From positions 295,926,001 through 295,990,000 of the forward strand of contig OZ024743.1 in NCBI GenBank assembly GCA_964016885.1: a DNA stretch of 64,000 nt. Reading direction: 5' to 3'. The translations under genes were made by a program, and so were the position numbers. Numbering within the stretch: the stretch's first letter is position 1; every line of letters starts with the position of its first letter. Below are positions 12,981-23,892 of the stretch, one piece after another. The notes below the pieces were generated by a model. It searched no databases. It had not been told where the DNA came from and was given only the letters and a program-made list of their open reading frames with translations. This DNA is from Eledone cirrhosa. Its lineage: Eukaryota.

Positions 12981-13076
12981 CTCTCGGAGTGTATTTTACA
13001 TTACCTATTGAGTACGCTGAAATGCAACCGGTCCTAGCATTGATAACTATGTCGGTTCTGTCAACTTCTTATTATA
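12979..13076 (+). repeat. Unclassified ~95-bp interspersed repeat; inverted diverged copy at 16681-16773
   Basis: acattacctattgagtacgctga.atgcaaccggtcctagcattgataactatgt shared; both copies run into (TA)n. Confidence 0.75.
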
Positions 13077-13326
13077 TATATATATGCATACATATGCATT
13101 TTGTTTTGACCTGTTTAGCTTGATTTGCTTTTTGGCTTAGGTGGTTGATACGTTCTTGACCACTTTTTCAGTTTTGTATGGCGTTTCAACATATTGTTTA
13201 GCTCTGGTTTTTTAACTATGGAGCGCTTGCCAGCATAATTCTGATTTTTGCGTTTCGTTTCGCTTTTACTACTCGCCGAAATGCGATTCTCGGTGAATTT
13301 ACATTTGAGACTAGTAAAATGAGGTA

Positions 13327-13414
13327 TCCTCTTGATAAGTCGGCAGACCTCGCAAGGACTCTATATCTTTGATATATTGTTTTTGTTTATGCCACGAAAC
13401 TACGTAGTCGAGGA
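13327..13414 (+). ncRNA. Type I hammerhead ribozyme, U3-A8 core variant (copy 1)
   Basis: Stem I tcctc/gagga; core TTGATAA 13332-13338; long stem II gt(c)ggca...tgccac; GAAA 13396-13399; palindromic ACTACGTAGT; GUC cleavage after 13409. Confidence 0.82.
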
Positions 13415-13917
13415 ATTTAGGAACAGTTTAGGTATGATACATTTTATTACTAATTATATCTAAATGTTTCTTCTCTCTTCATAATGTATTTTTAACTCTG
13501 ATACTGGTTCAGTCTGGTTCAAACTGAATTGGTCTGTCCCAGTCATTCATTGAGCAACATCGGTGAAGTTGGCACCCTTAACTCACAGTTGGGTGCGGAT
13601 GCATTCATGTATATATGTGTGTGTCCGCATGTATCTGTGTGTTTCTAAATATATTAATAACTCCCTCTGGTCGAGCAATCTTTGAAGTGTGGGGACAACT
13701 GGAAAGCTTCCATTACTCATACTTCTCGCCTTCTTCACTACCTCTTCTACGGCCTCGATATGAATACCCCCTCCGCCTCCGTGGTATTTTCTTCGTGGTT
13801 ATAAGAGGCTTAGCTCTGTTTCTCGACCGTTATATCGAGTGACTGTCTCCCCCTCCGCCTTTTGGGATTCTTTCTCACGTCGTGTAGACGCGTTCTTGAG
13901 ACTAGTAAAATGAGGTA

Positions 13918-14005
13918 TCCTCTTGATAAGTCGGCAGACCTCGCAAGGACTCTATATCTTTGATATATTGTTTTTGTTTATGCCACGAAACTACGTAGTC
14001 GAGGA
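13918..14005 (+). ncRNA. Type I hammerhead ribozyme, U3-A8 variant (copy 2)
   Basis: Identical to 13327-13414. Confidence 0.82.
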
Positions 14006-14508
14006 ATTTAGGAACAGTTTAGGTATGATACATTTTATTACTAATTATATCTAAATGTTTCTTCTCTCTTCATAATGTATTTTTAACTCTGATACTGGTT
14101 CAGTCTGGTTCAAACTGAATTGGTCTGTCCCAGTCATTCATTGAGCAACATCGGTGAAGTTGGCACCCTTAACTCACAGTTGGGTGCGGATGCATTCATG
14201 TATATATATGTGTGTCCGCATGTATCTGTGTGTTTCTAAATATATTAATAACTCCCTCTGGTCGAGCAATCTTTGAAGTGTGGGGACAACTGGAAAGCTT
14301 CCATTACTCATACTTCTCGCCTTCTTCACTACCTCTTCTACGGCCTCGATATGAATACCCCCTCCGCCTCCGTGGTATTTTCTTCGTGGTTATAAGAGGC
14401 TTAGCTCTGTTTCTCGACCGTTATATCGAGTGACTGTCTCCCCCTCCGCCTTTTGGGATTCTTTCTCACGTCGTGTAGACGCGTTCTTGAGACTAGTAAA
14501 ATGAGGTA

Positions 14509-14596
14509 TCCTCTTGATAAGTCGGCAGACCTCGCAAGGACTCTATATCTTTGATATATTGTTTTTGTTTATGCCACGAAACTACGTAGTCGAGGA
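14509..14596 (+). ncRNA. Type I hammerhead ribozyme, U3-A8 variant (copy 3)
   Basis: Identical to 13327-13414. Confidence 0.82.
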
Positions 14597-15099
14597 ATTT
14601 AGGAACAGTTTAGGTATGATACATTTTATTACTAATTATATCTAAATGTTTCTTCTCTCTTCATAATGTATTTTTAACTCTGATACTGGTTCAGTCTGGT
14701 TCAAACTGAATTGGTCTGTCCCAGTCATTCATTGAGCAACATCGGTGAAGTTGGCACCCTTAACTCACAGTTGGGTGCGGATGCATTCATGTATATATGT
14801 GTGTGTCCGCATGTATCTGTGTGTTTCTAAATATATTAATAACTCCCTCTGGTCGAGCAATCTTTGAAGTGTGGGGACAACTGGAAAGCTTCCATTACTC
14901 ATACTTCTCGCCTTCTTCACTACCTCTTCTACGGCCTCGATATGAATACCCCCTCCGCCTCCGTGGTATTTTCTTCGTGGTTATAAGAGGCTTAGCTCTG
15001 TTTCTCGACCGTTATATCGAGTGACTGTCTCCCCCTCCGCCTTTTGGGATTCTTTCTCACGTCGTGTAGACGCGTTCTTGAGACTAGTAAAATGAGGTA

Positions 15100-15187
15100 T
15101 CCTCTTGATAAGTCGGCAGACCTCGCAAGGACTCTATATCTTTGATATATTGTTTTTGTTTATGCCACGAAACTACGTAGTCGAGGA
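15100..15187 (+). ncRNA. Type I hammerhead ribozyme, U3-A8 variant (copy 4)
   Basis: Identical to 13327-13414. Confidence 0.82.
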
Positions 15188-15690
15188 ATTTAGGAACAGT
15201 TTAGGTATGATACATTTTATTACTAATTATATCTAAATGTTTCTTCTCTCTTCATAATGTATTTTTAACTCTGATACTGGTTCAGTCTGGTTCAAACTGA
15301 ATTGGTCTGTCCCAGTCATTCATTGAGCAACATCGGTGAAGTTGGCACCCTTAACTCACAGTTGGGTGCGGATGCATTCATGTATATATGTGTGTGTCCG
15401 CATGTATCTGTGTGTTTCTAAATATATTAATAACTCCCTCTGGTCGAGCAATCTTTGAAGTGTGGGGACAACTGGAAAGCTTCCATTACTCATACTTCTC
15501 GCCTTCTTCACTACCTCTTCTACGGCCTCGATATGAATACCCCCTCCGCCTCCGTGGTATTTTCTTCGTGGTTATAAGAGGCTTAGCTCTGTTTCTCGAC
15601 CGTTATATCGAGTGACTGTCTCCCCCTCCGCCTTTTGGGATTCTTTCTCACGTCGTGTAGACGCGTTCTTGAGACTAGTAAAATGAGGTA

Positions 15691-15778
15691 TCCTCTTGAT
15701 AAGTCGGCAGACCTCGCAAGGACTCTATATCTTTGATATATTGTTTTTGTTTATGCCACGAAACTACGTAGTCGAGGA
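15691..15778 (+). ncRNA. Type I hammerhead ribozyme, U3-A8 variant (copy 5)
   Basis: Identical to 13327-13414. Confidence 0.82.
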
Positions 15779-15959
15779 ATTTAGGAACAGTTTAGGTATG
15801 ATACATTTTATTACTAATTATATCTAAATGTTTCTTCTCTCTTCATAATGTATATATATATATATATATAAACAAATAGTAGAAAGGAGAAAGGATGCTT
15901 TCAGTAGAAAATGTTGAAGAGATTTTCTTTCAGTGAGACATCAAAATATTAATTTATTT

Positions 15960-15964
<5 letters not shown>

Positions 15965-16004
<40 letters not shown>

Positions 16005-16024
16005 ATATGTGTGTGTGTGTGGGT

Positions 16025-16106
<82 letters not shown>
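15965..16106. repeat. (TA)n(TG)n microsatellite
   Basis: Direct reading. Confidence 0.95.
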
Positions 16107-16107
<1 letters not shown>

Positions 16108-16381
16108 TTGTAAACACCTGACCATTTTGGTGACTCAAACACACCATGTTAATACAGCCACTTAATGAAAACCGTTTGTTTGTTCAGAATAAATGAACCT
16201 TGACAATGAGGAGTGCCTGTATTTGTATCATTCTGTATCACTATGTATTTTCTCTATGTATAGTTTTTTCAAGGAATCCTCATTCTTTAAATCCATCTGT
16301 CAATTACCTCCACCCATCCTAATCACCACCTTCCCCCACCACCATAAAATATATAAATACGACAATAACACATTGACAGTC

Positions 16382-16433
16382 GGCTTTCCTGATGATTTCT
16401 TTCGAATGAAACAGTTCTTGTCCTGTAGAAGCC
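16382..16433 (+). ncRNA. Type I hammerhead motif in a pLTR-like repeat (~16260-16445)
   Basis: ggctttc-CTGATGA-tttctttcgaat-GAAA-cag...ctg-TA-gaagcc; homologous to 19300-19350 and 18714-18764. Confidence 0.75.
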
Positions 16434-16610
16434 ATTTTTATATATATATATATTTCGATGAAAAATAGAAGTAAGTGACATAGTCACTACTTTAAAATAA
16501 TAGCGCAAGGTCTTCAAAATGTTTTTAATTAAGCATACAGTATATTGCCAAATATACTCAATATACATTCATGTATACATCGCTATTTCAGAGCACCAAT
16601 TCTAATATAA

Positions 16611-16684
<74 letters not shown>

Positions 16685-17310
16685 ATAAGTTGATGGACCC
16701 AACATAGTTATCAATGCTAGGACCGGTTGCATCTCAGCGTACTCAATAGGTAATGTATGATACACTCCCAGAGTTTGCACATAGTTATTCGCTTCAATAC
16801 AATACACGTAAACGGATATCTATAGTAGTTCCCGAACTATACATATGCATACATATGCACACAAACACAGACGTACACACCCATACATGCATGTATATTG
16901 TATATATGTGCGTAGAATGAAAGAGAGAAAGGGAGGAGAGAGAAGAGAGGGGGTGATCGAAAGGGAAAGATAGATATATATATATATCATTATTTATACA
17001 AAATTGATTATCTTAATCCAAACATTAAGGAAACCAGTTATAGAACAAAGAACTAAATAAATAACACTTAAAGTAATATTGTTTGTTTTTCATTCATAAT
17101 GTATGTACTGATCTTTCTAATCTAACAGATTCTCGGCGGTGAAGTATATAGAATATTCGTTTTCATTGTAAATATATCCATATATATATATATGTGTGCG
17201 GGTGATTGTGTATAAGTGAATATATATATATTGTTTTCTCAAGCTACATCAAGGGTACTTTTACATAGATATCAGTGTCAATTAAACAGTTTTTCAATGT
17301 GGACTACTCT

Positions 17311-17422
17311 TTCTTCTTCTTCTTCTTCTTCTTCTTCTTCTTCTTCTTCTTCTATCTTCTTCTTCTTCTTCTTCTTCTTCTTCTTCTTCTTCTTCTTCTT
17401 CTATCTTCTTCTTCTTCTTCTT
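17311..17422. repeat. (CTT)n microsatellite, possibly the (GAA)n tail of a minus-strand retroposon at ~17423-17490
   Basis: Direct reading; tail interpretation by analogy with 23191-23341. Confidence 0.8.
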
Positions 17423-18199
17423 CCGCGTCCACTTATTCCTGAGAGATTTGCTATAGACCAGACGATATGTCAATATGATCAACCCTCCGAAACGATCGTA
17501 AAACAATGATATGAATAGGTAAAATAACTTCATTTTGTTGCTTTTATTTTCATTGGTAATTTAATATCTTATATATATATGTAAATACGGGTTAGAAGGC
17601 GAGGCTGTGTGGTTACGAAAATCGAAGTGCTAGAAGGTAATCGGGACACAAACAAGAGAAGAAAAGTTTCCCTTCGTCAGCTGTTTACTACGGATCTTGG
17701 ATGTTTCGGCGCTTAAAACAGAACATCGATCCCTAGCGTACCCATGGCCTTTCATCGATCAAAAGGCCACGAGGGAAAGAAGTGATAGTGACGAGAGAGG
17801 AAGAAAGAAAAGGAAAAACGAAGTAAACATATATATATATATATATATATACATATTTATATATATATATATATATATGTAAAAGGTAAACAGAAATAAC
17901 AACTCAATCGGTACAGTATATGGAAGGTATATATTAGGTTAACGCCTTCATCATAAGAAAGAATGAGAAATAAAATAGATTAAGGGGACGGGCGGGATGG
18001 AATTGGAAAAAATGTCTTTAGATAAAAATAATAGGTCCATTCATGTTGACATATCTTGCAAAGCTGTTGGTGCTGGCTTTTTGTGTATGATTTGTTTTTT
18101 AGAAAAGTGGATGATGGCGCGCGTCTACCTGAAGTGGAAAAAAAAAACCTTTTGTAAAAAGAGCTTTACTTGAGCACGTGCGTAAGCATGAGTGTGTGT

Positions 18200-18231
<32 letters not shown>

Positions 18232-18253
18232 CTGTGTGTGTGTGTGTATGTAG

Positions 18254-18684
18254 CGTGGATATCACCCCCCCTTGATCCAAGCTGCTCTCACCCGCACCCG
18301 TGAAACAGACCGCACCACAGCCCTCTCACCTCACCCCCGCCCTCCCAACACCCATGTTCCTTTCCCTCTCACCTACCACCCCAGCACCCTACGACTCCGG
18401 CGACATATTCTCCGTTCCTTCCGTATCCTCTCTTCTGACCCCGTCACTTCTCGCTTTTTTCCAAACCCACCCATTACTGCTTTTACGCGCGCCCGAAACC
18501 TCCTCGACCTCCTGATTCGTAGTTCTTTTTCGTCTTCTCCCAAGACTCCACCCGGCTCTCCTCCTTGTTCCCGTTCCCGCTGCAACACTTGTCCCTTTAT
18601 TTCCACCCTCACCACTCTTACAGCCCTAACGGATTTCTCGGTATCCGCCATTCCTTCACCTGCATATCCATCCACGTTGTCTAT
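18254..18684 (+). pseudogene. PLE ORF fragment of a second lineage (RT thumb, Cys-rich linker, start of GIY-YIG)
   Basis: RGYHPPLI...PLTYHP...F.NPPITAFTRARNLLDLLIRS...PCSRSRCNTCP, then frameshifted IRHSFTCISIHVVY. Confidence 0.85.
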
Positions 18685-18713
18685 ATATATATATATAAGT
18701 TTTAATATAGATG

Positions 18714-18764
18714 AGATTCTACAGGACTATATCTGTTTCATTCTTGAGAAATCATCAGGAATCT
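18714..18764 (-). ncRNA. Type I hammerhead motif
   Basis: Minus strand: agattc-CTGATGA-tttctcaagaat-GAAA-cag-atatagtc-ctg-TA-gaatct. Confidence 0.8.
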
Positions 18765-19299
18765 GACGGTCCAACTAAATATGGTGGTATTTATATCTTT
18801 TCTGGTGGTAGGAGAGGGTGGGGAGTGGGATGGGTGGAGTCATTGGTTGAAAGAAAAAAGAGTTCATTAAAAGCTAATTCTATAACTCTATAACTAATAT
18901 TTAGAGTGACAAAGGCAGAAAGAATTCTATAAACAAGTTCAAATTGGGGTGCCACTCCTTATTTTTAAGTTTCTCTTACGCCAACAATGCCTATATTTCA
19001 GGTGTCTATAAGATGGTTGGGGTGCCGTCATGGTTGATGGGTTTAAAAGCTAATTCTTTAAAGCTCTACTTAGAGAGACAAAGGCAGAGAGAATTCTATA
19101 AACCAGTTCATGGGTGCCTGTCCTTATTGTTATGTTTCTCTAAGCTATATTTCAGGTGTCTACAGACACATTCACATACACACACACAGCTTTTGATGAA
19201 TTCCCTTTTCTTTCAACCAATGACCTCCACTCATCCCACTCCCCACCCTCTCCTACCACCAGAAAAGATATAAATACCACCATATTTACATGGACAGTC

Positions 19300-19350
19300 A
19301 GATTCCTGATGATTTCTCAAGAATGAAACAGTTCTAGTTCCGTAGAATCT
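19300..19350 (+). ncRNA. Type I hammerhead motif (one mismatch in stem III)
   Basis: agattc-CTGATGA(19306)-tttctcaagaat-GAAA(19325)-cag...ccg-TA-gaatct. Confidence 0.7.
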
Positions 19351-19430
19351 CATCTATATTAAAACTTTTATACTCTGCTATGTATTGAGTACCTTACTTA
19401 CTTACCTCCGATTCAACCTGAAATAACTTA

Positions 19431-19510
<80 letters not shown>

Positions 19511-19870
19511 AAGAAAAGAAAAAAGAAAAACCGAAGTAAACATATATATATATATATACATATATATATATTTAGATATATATATAAGTATGTACACGTA
19601 CATACATATATGTATACAGACGTACAGTAGTATGTATATATATATATACATACTACTGTACGTCTGTATACATATAGGTATGTACGTGTACATACTTATA
19701 TTTAAGTAACAGCTGTACTAAGAGTGGGAAATGAAATATCGTTTCATTTTTTCGGTTTATCGTTTTCGGTGCACCCGGCCCATTAACCCACTCGATATGC
19801 AAATTGGGCTACTCAGCCGTTAATATGCATAAGGCAAGTATATACGTTCAACAATCTGGCAGGAAGGTAT

Positions 19871-19913
19871 ACGTTGCTGACGATAGCTAACAAGCTTGAA
19901 ACTAGTACAGCGT
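19871..19913 (+). ncRNA. Minimal type I hammerhead ribozyme
   Basis: Stem I acgttg/cagcgt; CTGACGA 19877-19883; stem II agct-aaca-agct; GAAA 19898-19901; palindromic ACTAGT; GUA triplet. Confidence 0.82.
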
Positions 19914-20288
19914 TCCTTTGTCAGTGTTGAACAAACGAGCAACGGTGGTTGCTAGACACTACGGCTTAATACGGGATGTTTGTTTACAAACACACCAAGA
20001 ATTATAATAAATGTTTGGTGAATCCATACGTGCATATATATATGTGTGCATGTATGTATATATATACATACTACTGTACGTCTGTATACATATAGGTATG
20101 TACGTGTACATACTTATATTTAAGTAACAGCCGTACTAAGAGTGGGAAATAAAATATCGTTTCATTTTTTCCGTTTATCGTTTTCGGTGCACCCGGCCGA
20201 TTAACCCACTCGATATGCAAATTGGGCTACTCAGCCGTTAATATGCATAAAGTAAGTATATACGTTCAACAATCTGGCAGCAAGGTAT

Positions 20289-20331
20289 ACGTTGCTGACT
20301 ATAGCTAACAAGCTTGAAACTACTACAGCGT
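20289..20331 (+). ncRNA. Mutated copy of the same hammerhead, probably inactive
   Basis: Core CTGACTA (G8 lost); stem III ACTACT breaks the palindrome. Confidence 0.6.
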
Positions 20332-20592
20332 TCCTTTATCAGTGTTGAACAAACGAGCAACGGTGGTTGCTAGACACTACGGCTTAATATGGGATGTTTG
20401 TTTACAATCACACCGAGCATAATAATAAATGTTTGGTGAATCCATACGTGCATATATATATGTGTGCATGTATGTATACATATATACATACTACTGTACG
20501 TCTGTATACATATATGTATGTACGTGTACATACTTATATTTAAGTAACAGCCGTACTAAGAGTGGGAAATGAAATATCGTTTCATTTTTTCC

Positions 20593-20620
<28 letters not shown>

Positions 20621-20630
<10 letters not shown>

Positions 20631-21248
20631 TGAATATAAAAGAAAAACGAACGAACACAGATATATACATATATGTGTTCAAATCGCAAGGGACCAGATT
20701 CGCTAAGGGTGAAAAGACTACTAACTATAGACAATAGGGTTTGCCTGTCTCAATTTAGGAAAAAATCAAGAAAATAAATACAAACCAGATTGTAGTAACT
20801 ACCAATCACCCAGACAGCTCTTGGTGCTGTTTGGCAATATTAATTGTGAATAGAAATACCAATTCTTGCTCATCAGTGGGTGAAGAATTAGTATCCTAGA
20901 CACTTCTAAGTATATTAAGTAACTGAATAGAGTGCCATACAAATAACGCACATGGTATATTAGCGTGTCTCACAAACTTACACCCCTAAAAATAGCAGCC
21001 AGGTTTATTCGACAGTTGAAATAGCTCAACAAATTAACGGAGCCGAATATATCAAAGGTATATATTGAGTTAGGAACTCAAAATAGTCTCTTACAATAAA
21101 ATAGCTCTAAGAAAGAGATTTTTCCGAGCCGTATATTATAATTGAATATAAAAGAAAAACGAACAAAGATATATACATATATGTGTTCAAATCGCAAGGG
21201 ACCAGATTTCTATTTTGAGTTCCTAACTCAATATATACCTTTGATATA
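20621..21248 (-). mobile_element. Non-coding 512-bp-period HHR element (~1.15 copies) with inverted segment at its 5' end
   Basis: 20621-20700 repeated at 21133-21208; 21210-21248 is an inverted copy of ~21048-21086; (TA)n on both sides. Confidence 0.75.
20806..20883 (-). ncRNA. Type I hammerhead motif with G12-to-C change
   Basis: Minus strand: tcaccca-CTGATGA-gcaa...ttgc-CAAA-cagc-accaaga-gctg-TC-tgggtga. Confidence 0.7.
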
Positions 21249-21263
21249 TATATATATATATAT

Positions 21264-21320
<57 letters not shown>

Positions 21321-21419
21321 ATAGATACATAATTATACACATATGTGTGTGTGTGTGTGTGTGTATGTGCGAGCGTATGTGTATAAACATATATAGAAGA
21401 GGTTAGAGGAGAATAAAAA

Positions 21420-21720
21420 TGAATGTGATGTTAGCAAGGGTATTTATTTAGACTATCGGAGTAGACGGGGAGATGATAATTACAAAGGTTTACAATAAGA
21501 CTGAGGACTCTCGCTTTAAGAGGGCTTGGGTGCGCTTTGCATCTAGTTGTATACCAATATCTTCGGAATACAACGTGTTTTTTAGTCAGGTTATATGTTA
21601 TGATAGAATAAGTAGCCAGATAAATGTTTTATACGGAGGTAATGAAGAAACGTTTTAAACATATGGTAGGACAGGGATACAAGGAGAAATTTCTGATACG
21701 TTGTTTTCGTAGGTGCCTGA
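21420..21720 (+). pseudogene. Decayed RT C-terminal fragment of a third PLE lineage
   Basis: YLD...TKVYNKTEDSRF...SSCIPISSEYNVFFSQVICYDRISS...GQGYKEKFLIRCF resembles the recalled PLE pattern TKLYDKRDDF...SSNIP...YGVY.SQLIRYAR...QGY; no endonuclease follows. Confidence 0.65.
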
Positions 21721-21997
21721 GCGCTAATAGCGAGATTTGGGGTTACTTCTCGTTTTCAAATGAAATTATCTCATTTATATTAATCTAGCGTTTTTAAGAG
21801 AGATTCTCAAAAATGTTTGGGGGTTAGTTTCAGTTTGTTTCGGAAAGCGTATGACTTGGAATTTAATTTAATTTAATCTTAATTTTTATTGATTTGTTTT
21901 GAAATCTGAGTAAATTTGGTATATTTGCCATGAAGTAGTATTTTTTTGTAAAAAGAACAGTAAGGGTTGTGTAATTTTACATTGAAATTCTAGAAAT

Positions 21998-22388
21998 TTA
22001 ACCTGTTCGCACTGACTGCCTGATATGACCTACTTTGGCAAAAGTTAGCTTTGTTTAGAGGTAATAACATTCCCAAAACCTTTGTTAGTCTTTTTATTTG
22101 ATCGATACTTGATCGAAGGGTATCAGCTAGTAGTGACTTGTGCTTACATCCTCACTTTCTCTGTGTTCGCCTTGAAGAATGGTCGAGTTGTATGTTGTAA
22201 AGAGATTATATACATAAAAAACTTTCCATCATATTTTTTATAAGAAACTTTATGTTATGTTTCAAACACCAACATGATAATAAGAAAGTTGGCTATATTA
22301 GAAAATCTCTTTAAATTCTTATTATTTTCAATATCATTTGAAACAGAGGCAACATATTCCATTAGAAAAATGTTAACAAAAGAGATAA
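21998..22388. mobile_element. Degenerate piggyBac-like non-autonomous element
   Basis: Starts ttaacctgtt and ends aacaaaagagataa (eroded TTAACCCTT...AAGGGTTAA); recalled resemblance to an abundant octopus repeat, not verified. Confidence 0.35.
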
Positions 22389-22881
22389 TGCATTATAGAA
22401 CGCCTGGCTAGGGCAAATGAACAGCATATTTTTGTTTGTTCTTTTTTATTTCATCCCACACAAACCGCCTATTTTTAACGAATTATTTCGATTTTCAAAT
22501 TTGGATATTCCCCCAAAGAGACTTTGCAGTACAATGAATAGGAAAATCTATTCTCGAAACAAATGAATATTGTAGAAAATATTGCTATTACTATTGTGGT
22601 TTGATTTTGCTTTCTGTTCACACGAGTTATCACCAAGTTACAACCAGTGTCCTCAAGAGACAAGTTCTGCCATGTTTGAAAATGGAGGAAAAAATATATA
22701 TCTTTAAATGTTTACAATTGTCAAATGAACTTATATCGACAGAATTTTCCTTTGCATATTGGCAGCTCGCATTAGTAATATCTTTGTATTTTTTCTATAC
22801 GCAAGTTTCCTAGAATTTGGGATAAGTAATCGTTAGGTATCATTCATAGTGTGCTCACATCCACTTGTATTATTTTATCTA

Positions 22882-23000
22882 TCTGAGTTCAAATCCCGCC
22901 GAGGTTGACTTTGCCTTTCATCCTTACGGGGTCGATAAAATAAAGTACCAGTAACGCACTGAGTAATTGCTGGCCTTGTGCCTAAAGTAGAAACAATTAT
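22882..23000 (+). mobile_element. 5'-truncated tRNA-derived SINE
   Basis: gagttcaaatcccgccgaggttgactttgcctttcatccttacggggtcgataaa...gtagaaacaattat. Confidence 0.85.
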
Positions 23001-23189
23001 TTTATCTCCCAACTTTCACATTTTTTCTAATCTTCATTTCCAGATTTTTCATCACATCTGTTTTTCATCAAATGCATATTTGCGCCTTTCAACCTTTCAG
23101 CGCAAATTTGAAACTTACTCCCATGTCTCAGTATCACCCATGTGCGAGGTTTAGTCATCCATTCCAGTGTTTCTCCAGAACTCAAGACA

Positions 23190-23190
<1 letters not shown>

Positions 23191-23220
<30 letters not shown>

Positions 23221-23311
23221 CTTCTTCTTCTTCTTCTTCTTCTTCTTCTTCTTCCCTCTTCTTCTTCTTCTTCTTCTTCTTCTTCTTCTTCTTCTTCTTC
23301 TTCTTCTTCTT

Positions 23312-23344
<33 letters not shown>

Positions 23345-23892
23345 CCCGAGAGGCTTTTGGGGGCAGAGACCTCAAACACCACATCCAGTGTGTCTCCATC
23401 TGATCCGGTAGGATCCCCAAAGGGTCGAGCCAAGATCATGGATGCCATCCAAACATCTTGCTCGGTGTCTGCCCCTGAGTCTCCCGCTGGCCGGTTTTGC
23501 CCGTAAATCCTGTCCAGCGATTCTTTCCTGAGACATTCTAACCACATGCCCATCGTATTTGAGCTGTGATCTCTCAATTCGGAGAAGTATCGGCTCTACA
23601 TGGAGAGACTCTCTGATCTCCGTACTTTATCCCGTAACGTTACTCCAAAGACCCTTCGCAGGAATTCCATTTCGGCCTCTTATATTCGTAATCGTATTTT
23701 TTCGGTCATTTCCCAAAATTCATGACCATAGGTAAGGATTGGTACGAAAACCGAATTGAAGAAGGCGAGTTTGGCTTTTATGCCTACTTCCCTTCTGATT
23801 ACTGAATACTGAAGTTGGCGCATTATTGCATCAGCTTCTGCAATTCTTGCACTTAATTTAGCCTCCTGCCTTCCATCACTCTCAGACCTCAT
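23191..23892 (-). mobile_element. 3' end of an RTE-clade (Rex3/Expander-like) LINE with (GAA)n tail
   Basis: KAKLAFFNSVFVPILTYGHEFWEMTEKIRLRI*EAEMEFLRRVFGVTLRDKVR matches the RTE post-RT region; (CTT)n at 23191-23341 is the tail. Confidence 0.85.

Larger units (their letters stand above)
13305..15853 (+). repeat. Tandem array of a 591-bp HHR-containing unit (4.3 copies), retrozyme-like
   Basis: Exact 591-bp period (tcctcttgataag at 13327, 13918, 14509, 15100, 15691); one substitution noticed (~14208); 3' end merges into (TA)n. Confidence 0.92.
18698..19368. mobile_element. Inverted pair of pLTR-like HHR repeats (18698-18877 - / 19187-19368 +) around a diverged internal tandem duplication
   Basis: Arms are reverse complements with mismatches; ttaaaagctaattct...tatatttcaggtgtcta occurs at ~18867-19010 and ~19044-19163. 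Confidence 0.8.
19583..20598 (+). repeat. Tandem array of a ~418-420-bp HHR-containing unit (~2.3 copies) with inverted 5' copy, retrozyme-like
   Basis: ctactgtacgtctg at 19653, 20071, 20491; ~19583-19640 is an inverted copy of ~19643-19700; ends in (TA)n. Confidence 0.88.

Noticed and set aside
13615-13842. 75-aa ORF repeated in each 591-bp unit
   Set aside because: Starts in a (TA)/(TG) tract, the ATG is altered in unit 2, no recognisable motif; recurrence only reflects the tandem repeat
13305-15853. CRISPR-like or rDNA/5S/snRNA tandem array
   Set aside because: No unique spacers and no recognisable rRNA, 5S or snRNA sequence
12938-16807. Shared peptide TLPIEYAEMQPVLALITM in two ORFs
   Set aside because: Two copies of a short DNA repeat bounded by microsatellites; no exon or domain evidence
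17640-17720. Minus-strand CTGACGA and GAAAC motifs as a hammerhead
   Set aside because: Could not pair three stems in any topology; probably part of an interspersed repeat whose end is also seen at ~19510-19545
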